This document shows, one piece after another, positions 25,621-38,564 of a stretch of DNA of 64,000 nucleotides. Source of the DNA: the human T2T-CHM13v2.0 reference genome, Homo sapiens; NCBI RefSeq assembly GCF_009914755.1, contig NC_060926.1, one strand, 5' to 3'. The notes beneath the pieces are model-generated. The model was not told the origin of the DNA, did not search any database, and saw only the letters and a list, made by a program, of their open reading frames with translations. The position numbers were made by a program, and so were the translations under genes. Numbering within the stretch: position 1 is the stretch's first letter; the number at the start of each line of letters is the position of its first letter.

Positions 25621-26413
25621 ACATCCAGATATCAGTAAGGTTGTTGACTTGGCACTAGGCGACTGTGGGTCTTGGGCGCTGCTCTTATGAAACCTGCTTC
25701 GTCCTCCCACTTGCTGCAAGACAGAGAAGGGGAAGACAGAGGAGGGAAAGGACTATTCTCAGAGTCACTGCTAATAGAGCTGATTCACACCCTCTGTGTC
25801 TACATTTGTCATTTTACCATTCAGGTTTACAGCAACACAGACTGACTGCATGAATGCAAGAGTCATTCTTTCACAGCCTGGTGGAGCAGAGAGGTCACAG
25901 GACATGGAGCCCCATGAACCTGACTCAAATCCTGGCATTTGACCTCAGCATGTTACTTACTACCTTCAGAACTCAGTTGCTTTCATCCTGTACAGGATCA
26001 TAGAATGATATCAAGAATAGAAGAATGAGGGACAAATGACATTTTGGGAGTGCCTTGTAAATTTGCAAAGAACCAAAACATGTATCACTGTTGAAAAGAC
26101 ATCTTCAACATCTCAACAAATAAAATCCTAATAGCAAACTATTTTTGAGATTTGTCTTTTATTTGTTTCTCTCAGGAAAATATCCTTGACAAGTTGTCAG
26201 AGTAACTCATAAAAGTATTTCAAAACACCAAATAAATTAAAATGCTCATACCACATAGTCATAGGCTACAGTAACACATAGCTGAAAACCTTTCCCCATC
26301 CAATATCCATTAACTCTCAGTGGAAACACAGATGTGCACGTCCACTGGAGCAGCACTAAAGGGCTCTCTGCAGTCCAGCACCCTCCCAACTGCCCCTACC
26401 AGTTCTTTAGTTC

Positions 26414-26464
26414 AACACACACACACACGCAAAAAAAAAAAAAAAAAAAAAAAAAAAACACACA
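26414..26464. repeat. (AC)n-A28-(AC)n compound repeat
   Basis: A-run at 26431-26458 flanked by AC units. Confidence 0.9.
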
Positions 26465-26717
26465 GAGACCAGCATTCACTCTGGTCTTCTTCTGTCCTGT
26501 AATGACCCATACAGTGGCTCAGCCAGCCTTCCTTAAGTAAGACACCTCCCCTACAACCCTAGCAGGCTACCTGAGGGGGAAGAAAGGAGTATTAGGCAGA
26601 TGTACTTGATATAGCAACAGCTTAGAGAAACTGAAGACTGACAGGACAACCACACAATCAACACAATGCCCCCTCTCACCACAGCCTTAATTTAACCAGG
26701 AGATGAAACTTTACTTG

Positions 26718-26843
26718 TTGGTTGACCAAATATCCCAGTTTGCCCTGGACTATCCTAGTTTTAGCCTTGAATCCCTGACAAATGCCTCAGAGATCCTAGT
26801 AAATCCTTCAGTCCAGGGCAAACTGGGATGGTTGGTCACTATA
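26718..26843. mobile_element. MER81-like hAT MITE
   Basis: TGACCAA / TTGGTCA ends and a perfect 20-bp inverted repeat (26732-26751 / 26810-26829). Confidence 0.75.
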
Positions 26844-26855
26844 AAACTGGTTGTT

Positions 26856-27164
<309 letters not shown>

Positions 27165-27174
27165 TTAAATCTGA

Positions 27175-27372
27175 GAGATTCCCTACCCCAGAAGCCACTT
27201 GGCAATGTCTGGGGATATATTTTATTGTCACAACTGGGGAGGGATGCTACTGGCATTTAATGGATGGAGGCCAGTAATGCCACTAAACATCCTACAAACC
27301 ACAAGACAGTCCCACCCCAATAAAATGAACAACAATGAATGTCAATAGAGCCAAGCTGGAGAAATTCTGCCC
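27175..27372 (+). mobile_element. MER20 (hAT-Charlie)
   Basis: TTGGCAATGTCTGG..GTCACAACTGGGG..TGCTACTGGCAT..AATGTCAATAG. Confidence 0.82.
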
Positions 27373-28264
27373 TGAAAGAAAGAAGGAAGGAGCTGGGGAG
27401 AGAGAGAGACTGAGCCTAGGGCATGTTTTGTAATTAGTCAATTCTTCCAAACCCTCACACCTCTTTGATTGAGAGGCTTTTCCTCCATGCACTAATCTAC
27501 CCAATTTAACAAGCCCTCCCCTTCCTCCTAGGCATTCCCCAGCCAATGCTCCAGGAAAAGCTAAAGGGACGGGCTGAGGAAAGAGCTCAGGCTTTGGAGT
27601 TCCATAGGCTGGCTTGAATGTTAGCTCCACCACTTCTGTGTGCCGCCTTTGGCAAAAATCTCTCTCTTGGCATCAGTATTCTCATTTACAAAACGGAGGT
27701 GGCCATAATTGCTTGGTAAGGACCAACTCTTAGCTGAATGAAATAAAACATAGATTAAATCTGTTGTCCACAGGAGAAACTAATGTTGGTGTGCTTCTCC
27801 CCACTCAGCAAATCTTCAACCCCTCTCTTAACTAGAGGTGAAATTCCTCTCTATTACTATGGAGCATTGAAAGATAAAAGTGAAATAAATTTTCAATAAG
27901 GGTTTGTGTTGTCATGCAGAATTTTCAGCTCTGTAATAACTAGTTGAAACCCCAAATACTGACATTTGACAAAAACTTGAATTAGTATGATTACTTATTA
28001 TTTAGCAAAGTATTTGCCACCATTTTCTTTCTCTGTGACTTTATTTCTTTAATTAACATTAAAATCATACACATTTATCATGTATAATATGATGTTTTTA
28101 AATATGTATACATTGTTAAATAGCTCCATTGAGCTGAATAACATACATGTTACCTCACATATTTATCATTTCTTCTGGTGAATACACTTAAATTGTCGTA
28201 GAGATTTTCAAAATATACATCGTTATTAAGTTACAGTGACCATGTTGCACAACAGATCTCTTGA

Positions 28265-28733
<469 letters not shown>

Positions 28734-31700
28734 GACCTATATTTAGGTGTCTCAATGTTGGGTGCATATATATTTACAATTGTCATATTCTCTTGAGAAA
28801 TTGAGCCCCTTTTCACTATATAATAATTTTTTGCCTCATTGTACAGTTTTTGACTTAAAGTTTATTTTATCTGATATATGTATAGCCAACCTGCTCTTTT
28901 TTGGTTTTCATTTTCATGGATATTTTTTCCCATCCCTTCGCTTGCAGTCTATGTGTGTCCTAAATGTGAGATGAGTCTCTTGTATGCAGCTTATAGTTGG
29001 GTCTTGTTTTATTTATTTATTTTTCCATTCAGCCACTCTATGTCCTTTGATTAAAAAATTTAATCTATTTACTTTTAAGGTAATTATTAATAGGTAAGGA
29101 CTTACTACTGCCATTTTATTGTTTTCTGGTTGTTTTATAGATCTTTTGTTGCTTTTGGCCTATTTTGTTTTCTTACTTTGTGATTAAGTGATTTTCTCTA
29201 GTGTTATGCTGTGATTGCTTACTTTTTATCTTATGTGTATCTACTGTAGGTTTTTCCCTTATGGTTACCACGAAGCTTACATAAAACCTCTTACAGTTAT
29301 AACAGGCTATTTAAAGCTGATAACAACCTAACTTTCATTGCATAAAAAACCCTAAACTTTTGCTCCATTCTCCCTCACATTTTGTTTTTGAAGCTGCAAT
29401 TTACATCTTTTTATATTGTGTATCTCTTAACAAATTATTGTAGTCATTATTTTTAATAGTTTTTTCTCTTAACCTTCATACTAAATATATAAGCAATTTA
29501 CACACCACCATTACAGAATTAGAGTGTTCTGAATTTGACTGTGTATTTACTTTTACCACTGAGTTTTACACTTTCATATGTTTTTGTATTACTAATTAGT
29601 GTTCTTTTCTTTCAGCTTGAAGAACTTCCTTTAGCATTTCTTGTAAGACAAGCTTAGCGATGTAAACATTCTTTCCAGTTTTTGTCTGGGAAAGTCTTTA
29701 TCTCTCCTTCTTCATCGCTCCTTCATTTCTCCTTCATTTCAGCTTTTGAGGTACAATAATTTTGGTTGGCAGAGTTTTTTCTTCAGCATCCTGAATATAT
29801 CATCCCACTATCCCTGGCCTGTAAGTCTCTGCTGATAAATCTATTGCTAATTTCATTGGAACTCTCTGATATGTTATTTGCTTCTTTTTTCTTGCTACTT
29901 TCAGGATCCTCTCTTTGGTTTTTAATGGTTGGATTATAATGTGTCTTGGTATAGTTTTGTTTAATTGAACCTTATTGGAGACATTTGACCCTCTTTACCT
30001 GTGTATTTATATCTTTCCCCATATTTGTAAAGTTTTCTGCTATTATTTCTTTAAATAAGCTTTATACCTCCATTGTCTCTCTCTTCTCCATCTTGAGCTT
30101 TTATGACTCAAAATTTGTACTTTTGAGGTTGTCCCATAAGACCCATAAGCTTTTTTAAAATTCCTTTTTATCATTTTTTTTCTCCTTTGGCTGTATGTTT
30201 TCAAATAACCTGTCTTCTAGTTCACAGATTCTTTCTTCTGCTTAATCAGTATTGCTTTTGATGCTATCTATTGCATTTTTATTTCATTCATTGTATTTTT
30301 CAGCTCTATAATTTCTGTCTTTTTAAATAATTTCAATATCACTGTTAAATTTCCCATTTTGGTTGTGCATTGTGTTTCCTGATTTCTTTGAATTTCTTTA
30401 TATTTTCTTGAAGTTGGCTGAACTTCCTTAAAACAATTATTTTGAAATCCTTGTCAAGCAGTTTTTATATCTCTATTTCCTTGGGGTCAGCTACTGGGAG
30501 ATTATTCTTTTGGTGGTGTTCTATCAACTTGCTTTTTCATGTTTCTTTCTGCCTTCTGTTGATATCTGAGCATTTAAAGAAGTAGTGACTTATTCCAGTA
30601 TTTGCAAACTGGCTTTGTCTGGGAAAGTTTTTCACCAGTCAGCCCGTCCAGAGATTTGGGGCAGGTTGTCTGGTATAATCTGAGAGTGGGCTTTCTGCTG
30701 GAGCCTTCAGGAAGACTGGCCTGATGCCTAGGTCAGCAGGTGAGTGGGCCTGGGGTCAGGATCCACTGGGGTAGACCTATTGATTGAATCCAAGGGCAGT
30801 AGGCCTGGAGCCTGAGTTGGTGAGGGCAAGCCTGGAGCCTATTTCCACTGATGCTTGATGTCTGGGTCTGTAGGCATTGACCTGGTGCTGGGATAAGTTT
30901 TGAACCTGAATGTGCAGGGGCTGGCTTAGGGTGCTAGGGTGGAACCTGAAGCTGTGGGGTCACACTTGGCACCAGAGTGGGCTTGGAGGTTTAATCCCCA
31001 AGTGGATTGGAGTCTGGGCCCACGGACACCTGCCTGGCTCTGGGTTTTACTCTAGTGGACCCAGTGTTGGGTCCAAGGCAAAGTTTAGTGCTCAATTCCC
31101 TGTCCCTGGATATCTCCTTGGAGATCTTGGAGAGATATCCAAGTGAAGGATATCTCTCTCCACTGTGCTGCCTAGGGTTGGGGAAGTGGTAACACAGATA
31201 ATGTAAAACTATTCTTCCTACCCTCTTCAATGCATCTTTTCTCATTTCTATGCTGTACCCAGGTGCTATAATCTCTCAGCTGGTATTCTTAGCTCTTGTG
31301 AAGGCATTTTTTTTTGCATAGATATTTGTTTAAATTGATGTTTCTGCAAAAGGATGAGTGCTGAAAAATCTTATTCCACCATCTTGCTGACATCAGTCTC
31401 TTCTTTGGTACTTTTCAAAATAGTATAAATGAAGGGAAAAAAATCTAAAGTCAGAACTTTTTCCATACTGAATATCTACTGTATATGCTTTTCACATTAG
31501 GATGAATTCTGAAATTTTGGCTGAAGTAATGGAATTTTACCACCTGGTAATAGACCAACTGTGATGTACATTTTATTACATTAACTTACCTTATTCTCCT
31601 AAGAGATATCTTGGCTTTTAATATACACTGCATTGGCATGTGAGGCTTTAAAATTCATAGAAAATCCAGATAAGCCCTGAGGCCTTCTGGACACAGACCT

Positions 31701-33484
31701 CTTCCCAGTGGGAGCCACACTTTCAGGAAATCATAAAAGATAAGAAAAGTAAAAATGCTGCCAAGAGTCATAACTTATTTTTTGAAGAGTGAGCTCCCTC
31801 AGGGCCAAGTACTTCCTGGAAGAAGATGATTCAAGAAAGACTATGGAGTGTTTCCTGAAAGGCTGGTCAGAGCTAGACCAGCATCTGTGGAGACTTTAGT
31901 GCTTTTGAATTCATGCCCTGGCCTTCTGTGCCCTGGCTGTGTCTCTAGCTCTCTTTAGAAGTCACTGCTGGCCTTTATCCTGCCTCTGCAGCAGCTTCTT
32001 CCCAGTCTGCTCCGTCCTTTTTCTTTTCAACCAGATGTACATTCTTGTCTGTAACCTAAGGGCATTCTTGTTCATTTTCTTTATTTACAACAAAGTTTAC
32101 TTTAAAAGAAAGAAAATGTTTTTTCAATATATTCCATTGTTCAGATTTTTTTAACCAAGACTGGTTTCACTCCTACATATGCTCCACTCTGGATGAAAGA
32201 TTTTTGCCATATTCTCAGAGCATTACTACTCAACACCCAATACTCCTTTGTTCTCTCAGACATCTATATTATTAAGTAATCCTAATAATAGTTCTTGACT
32301 ATGAATAACATTTCTTTCACACATCTTGATTTCATTTGATCCTTATAATAGCCCTGTGAGGTAAGTAAGGAAGTTATTTTTATCTTCCTTTTTCAGACAA
32401 AAGCAAGTGAGAGTCAGAGAGGTTGACTTGCCAACTGTCGCACGACAAGCAAATGCCAGTTTCTACATCCGTCACCCATTTCCCAGCAGAAAAGTTATCT
32501 CTCTGATGGTTCTTCACTAGTAAAACCAGGATTGTTAGCATAGCATTTATGGCCCTTCTTAGTCTGGCTGAAATCCAGCTTTCTGGTTGGTAAAGTGTCT
32601 TTCTCTCTTGCCTAGATAGTGGGCCCCTGAGATTAGGAGCAGAACAGTGTTTACCACTGTTTCACTGGTGCCTAGCATAGAGCCAGATCTATAGAAGCAT
32701 CAAAAAATGTTTGTTGAATTGTGTCCACAGTGCAAGGGATGAGTTATGTTTTCACAAATATCTAAGCGTCTGCCTTTTACTAAACACAGAAGTTTCTTCC
32801 GTCATTTCATAGATTCTCAGCATCATTTAACTTCGTTTACCAGTTCCATTCTAACTAAACTTTTGTTAGTTAACCAGCTAGTATTCCTTAAGATAAAGGT
32901 CACATTACTTCATTACTATAGAGGAAATCAATCAATCAAGCAAATACACATCTGGGAGAATCCTCTTAGGAAGATGAGATTATAAAAAAAAATGGACACA
33001 GTCAAAACTAAAAGCATGTAAACTTCAGCCTGGGTCTTCACTGCAAATACACAAAGGCCCAGGGAATAGAAAAGGCCCTCGAAGCAAATGTAAACCCACT
33101 TCAATCTGTCTGCATCATCCTTATGTTTTTTATAATGTATTTTTCACTCAATAAAGTCTGTCACCACAGAGTCACGTGTGGCAACGACCATGTGGGTTTG
33201 GTGGCTAGCTGGACAAAGTAAAGTTTCTCTTTCCACTCTGAGCTGCTCTTGCACAATTCAGGAAAGTAAGTCCTTACCTCTTCACTTATTCAAGGATCAA
33301 CTCACATGTGATCTGTAGACAATATAGACCAATGAGTAGCCACTGGAGAAAATTATTATTATGACTATTTGCACCCTTAATTCCTTCCCCTGATTTATTT
33401 TTACTATTATCATCTGAAATGATACATAGTGCACTCACTTATATGTTTAATGTCTGTCTTCCTGCACCCAGCAGAACGTAAATG

Positions 33485-33920
33485 TGGCAGGAATGTCAAT
33501 CTTCCCACCAAATATTCATGCTCTCCTTCTCTAATGAAGAGTTTCTGCTGGGAAGTCACTATCCAGCCAGGAGCTACATTTTGCAGCTCCCTTATATGTG
33601 GCTAAAGCCACATGATTGAATATTGATGAATGTAATATGGGTAAAACTGATGTGTACAATGCCCAGGCTCCCATTCTGTCTTTTCTACTGTCTGACAACT
33701 GATGTCAATGACCAGGGTGACGTTGGAAGTCACAAATTGAAGACAGCAGAGCTTTCAATAAACTCAAGTGCTTAAATAAATATAATGAGCTGAACATTTC
33801 CCCCTACCCTTGTTGCTTATTGACTTTACAGGAACAAAAAATAAATTTCTATTGTGCTTGCTCACTGAGATTTCTGGGTTTATCTATTATTGCCTCTAGT
33901 ATTACATTCACTAATACAAT
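33485..33920 (+). mobile_element. MLT1-family LTR, degenerate
   Basis: AAATAAATTTCTATTGTG..CACTGAGATTTCTGGG..CTAATACA end. Confidence 0.6.
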
Positions 33921-34169
33921 AAATTCCACAAAGGCAGAGATATTATCTGTTTTATTCAATGCTAAACTCTGCCTGGACATGGTTGGCATACTATTATATT
34001 CAAGAAGTATTTGTTGAATAACAAATGAATGAATGAAAACGATATCAGAACCAGGTTTTAGTTAAACGCAAAGGAGCATAGCTCAAATGTCTGGCTTGGC
34101 CCTCATGCAAAGCTGTGTGTGCAAATGGTATCACTGGGGTTCATAGGCTCCTCAGGAGAACTTATTTTC

Positions 34170-34539
34170 TTTTCTTTTCTTTTTTTATAAAGTGTTTCTT
34201 TTATTTCTGTTTCTTATTTTCAAGCCATCCCGTTCATGTTGCAAAGGCAGTGTAGTGGAAAGATCACCCAACTAGGAGACTGGAGACCTTCATTTGAATC
34301 TTGATCCTGACACTAACTTGCTGGATGACTTTGAACTAGCTACTTAACTATTCAGGGTTTCCTCCTACCTGATGTTGGAGAGTTGAACTTGATGCTGTCT
34401 AGAAAGTCCCTCCTAGGTCAAATATTTGGTAGTTCATCTGAGTCTTTTCTGTCTTGTGGCTCTAATCCACACCTGAGTGGAACCATTCATTTGATCACTT
34501 CCCTTTTTCATCCATTCATACCACAAACAGGTGTTAGGT
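34170..34539 (-). pseudogene. Candidate 5'-truncated retrocopy of a polyadenylated transcript 3' end
   Basis: 20-bp TSD with 1 mismatch (34150-34169 / 34540-34559); T-tract 34170-34186; minus-strand AATAAA at 34200-34205. Confidence 0.6.
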
Positions 34540-34860
34540 CCTTAGGAGAACTTATTTTCATCCCCAGGTCTTCAACCTTAAGTGTCCCCATTCCCATACT
34601 ATGTTTTAAGGATGGATTCCAGAGCAACTTCTACACTAGGCAATATTTACACATCCATTTACTGATCAACCATAACAAGGCTCCGTCATATGACATATGT
34701 CAGGCACTATGCTGGGCACTGAGTAAACTCTAGGGACAAAGAGGCTTAAAGTGTATCCTTACTGTATCTTAGAAATAAACCATGAGCCAACATTATAAAA
34801 ACTGAACCCAAGCTCTTTACTTACCCTCCTAAACTTCACCACTCCCCAGAGCAAGGATGC

Positions 34861-35258
34861 TAGTATGATTTAGATAATTGTCCCACCCAAATCTCATGTT
34901 GAAATGTAATCTTCGGTGTTGAAGGTGGAGCCTGGTGAGAGGTGTTTAGGTCATGGGGGCAGATCTCTCACGGCTTGGTGCTGTCTTCATGATAGCGAGT
35001 GAGTTATGAGATCCAGCTTTTTAAAAGTGTGTGGAGACTCCCTCTCTCTCTGTTGCTCCCACTCTCACCATGTGTCGTGCCTGCTCCCCTTAGCCTTCTG
35101 CTATGATTAAAAGCTTCCTGAGGCCTCTCTAGAAGCTGAGCACATGCTGTCACCATGCTTCCTGCAGAGCTGAAACATAAGCCAATTAAGCCTCTTTTCT
35201 TTATCAATTACCCAGTCTCAGGTATTTCTTTGTAGCGATGCAAGAATGGCCTAACACA
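34861..35258 (+). mobile_element. MST-family MaLR solo LTR
   Basis: CCCAAATCTCATGTTGAAATGTAAT..CTAACACA; perfect 5-bp TSD GATGC. Confidence 0.9.
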
Positions 35259-37662
35259 GATGCAAAATGCAGGCTGATATATTGATATATTTGAAATAAG
35301 TGTAATATGAAAATTTGAGCACTTCCTCCAGATCGCTTGGGCCAACTTCCTAGTTTTATTACAATGGACTCTAAGAAGTCAATTCAGAGCACAAAAGGCT
35401 ACAGGAAGATCACCTGCTGTTCCTGTTCTAAATTTGTTCTTGTACTGGAACTCTCCACAGGAACTCAGTATCGTTAATGCTGTTATTTTCTTTGTTTTAC
35501 TTTTAAAAAGAAAAGAACCTCTTTTCTCCTGCAAAAAGAAGTCCATTAAACTACTGTTTGCATCCCTAGGCATATAACCCCCAAAAGGAGCATATTCCCC
35601 AAAGCAATCAGGGACAGAGGGCAAGCTGACAACCTCAGATCTGTTCTCTAGAGTAAGTTTAGTTTTCCCAACACTCAAGGAGAGGAAATGGAAACTGGAC
35701 TGACTTTCTCCATAGAGTCTTCCCTACTGCAGGAATCACTTACTGGTGGTTTGATCCATGCCTGGCCAATATTGTCTTCTACTGATGGGACATTTCCTTC
35801 CACTCTTTTTCACACTTTTGGAAAATGTCTGCCCCTTTCTCCAGAGCTTTGAAAGTAAGTTGATGTTTGGCATTTATGGGTTAATATTTGAGATTTTGGC
35901 TATTTGTGAGTAATTCTGAAAGTTCATGACATAATATTTAGCATTTTCTGAAACATAAATTTTATCTCATGAGCTACAATAACACAGTTGCCTCTCAGCA
36001 CACTGAGCAAGCCTTGTTGAGAATTTTAAGGGGATTTCTTGTATCATTAGCTTTATTTTGGTGCATTTTATGAGGATTGGGTAAATTAAGACATTCATAT
36101 CTCTTTATTGATCTAGTAAGTAGCTTAAAGCTCTTTTAGGAGACTACAAGTTCTTGCTTTCAATGCTTCCCCAGAAGGCCTCCAGCCTGCTGGCCAAGGC
36201 AAAATCACCTCCATAGTGAGAGACAGTTTGAGGAGGACAAAAGTTTATTAAGAGTGTAATATGTGCCAGGCATTCCATATTTATCTCATTTACTTTTCAA
36301 AAAATCCCTATGAGAGAGATACATTTTTTAATAAATAAAGAAGCTGGCTGGACTCAGAGAAGTTGTCACAAAAAGTCACATGGCTGGTAAGGTATAATCA
36401 AGACTCGAACCCAAGCCCCTGTGATTCTAGAATCTTCTGACAGCAATAGAGAGCAGAGGCTGGGCTTTCCTAGCTGGACACCATCCAGGATGGCCCCTTT
36501 ACACTGTATAGGCGTGGGGGGCAGAGGAAAAACCATCTCATTGAGTCTCACTAACGCAGGGTTGGCAGCAGCAGTGAGAAAGTTTGGCCTTAGAAGAATC
36601 AGAGTGAGGAGAGTAGAAGATGAAACAGCGTGTAGTGTGACACAGCAGGCTCCAAGGCTTTCAGGCCTGTCTTAAAAAAACTCATGGACGTGGTTTGTTT
36701 CTCTGTTTTTAATGTTACAATCACAATAAAGTGCTTTGAGGAAGGAAATCGAACAAGAATCTTGTGAAATTCTGCAAACCCAAACTAAAATGCAGAGTGT
36801 AAAAATGTCACAGGGAAAGAAAAGAACCAGACGGTGGGAAATCGATAGAATCTTAGCTGTCATTCATTTGATAGTTTGGCTCGGGGAGACCTAGAGAAGG
36901 GCCCCAGGTTCCAGGTCCACTCTGCCAGAAGCAGCAGATGGAACGGAACTTGTTAGCCACTGCCAACTCCCCCCGGGTCCCTGAGCCCAGGATATGCAGA
37001 GAAGGGTGAAGGCGCGGCACTCTTGCAGGGTCTGCCCAGTGCTTGGATTTGCTCCTCATTCTCTCAGGAGGACCAGGGGCTTCTGGAAATCAGTGGTCCC
37101 TGGTGGCTTGGAAGCTCCCTGAAACATGGAAGGAAGATGGATCTCAATGGGGAAGGTTTTGACCCTCCATATGTCACGTCTGTGGATCTGAGCAGAGGAA
37201 TCGATAGACTTAGCACAATAGCAGAAGAGAGGGAAGGCAGAAGACCTGAAGGAAGAGCAGCAGAGGAGGGGCAGGCATAAAGAATGGTAAACATAGAATG
37301 GCAACCATAGTCACCTCAGGGATCAGCTCATGGCCTCCTGGTCAAGCTTCCTCTCCCTGTGATTCTTGGCTGTCTTCCATCTGCAGCTAAGTAGCCAGAC
37401 CAGAATAGTCAATAATTCTAGTGATCTGGCAACTATAATTTTCTAGTCTTGATGAGTATCGGTATTGTCACTGTATTAAACTTCCCCTATTCGTCATCTC
37501 CATCTGATCATCATTATTATTCTAAGAATCCCATGTGGAAGTAGGAACTGGGGTGACAAGAATCTGGGTGCTGGCTGCCCCTTGAATGCATCCCATGGCC
37601 CCATAGCCATGACTGCGGTGCCAGTGAAGCAGCAGTTCCCAGGAAATACATGGATTGCCTTG

Positions 37663-37849
37663 CCTGGGGCTGAATGGGAGTGCTTCAATGGTGGGTCTGT
37701 AAGCAAAGATTGTGAACTTGTTCAGGACAAATGAGAAAAAGAGAGTACTTCTTCCTAGGAAAAATTTCATCAGCCTCTCCATGCCTTTGTTATAAACAGA
37801 CAGAGGCCCCATTTAACTGGTCTAGAGAATTTTGGAACCAAACATGAGG
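37663..37849 (+). repeat. Donor segment of the inverted copy at 28436-28622
   Basis: Same alignment; embedded here in continuous unique sequence. Confidence 0.95.
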
Positions 37850-38011
37850 TTGTGATGAAACCATGGAAAGAGTCCCAGTCTAGGAAAAGAGAGACTCAGG
37901 TGAAAGCCAAGGATTTGCTCCTCTCTCTGTCACTTTTGGCAAGCCCCTTTCCCATCTATAAAACTTCAAGGACCCTTCCAGCTCTAACATTTATGGATAT
38001 TATGACATAAT

Positions 38012-38014
<3 letters not shown>

Positions 38015-38074
<60 letters not shown>
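38015..38074. repeat. (TG)~30 microsatellite
   Basis: Uninterrupted TG run. Confidence 0.97.
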
Positions 38075-38075
<1 letters not shown>

Positions 38076-38239
38076 ATGTGTGGTGTGTTTGCATCCTCCT
38101 TTCTGGTGGCCTTTTTATTCACACCATCTGATCCTCACCCATTTCTGAGCAAGTTGGGTCCATGCTACAGGATATTCCCACTTGTCCAGCATTGGAATAG
38201 CTGGAATGCTAAGGAAAAGAGTATAATACCAGATTATGA

Positions 38240-38564
<325 letters not shown>

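Noticed and set aside
25200-25800. CpG island at the promoter
   Set aside because: CpGs are sparse
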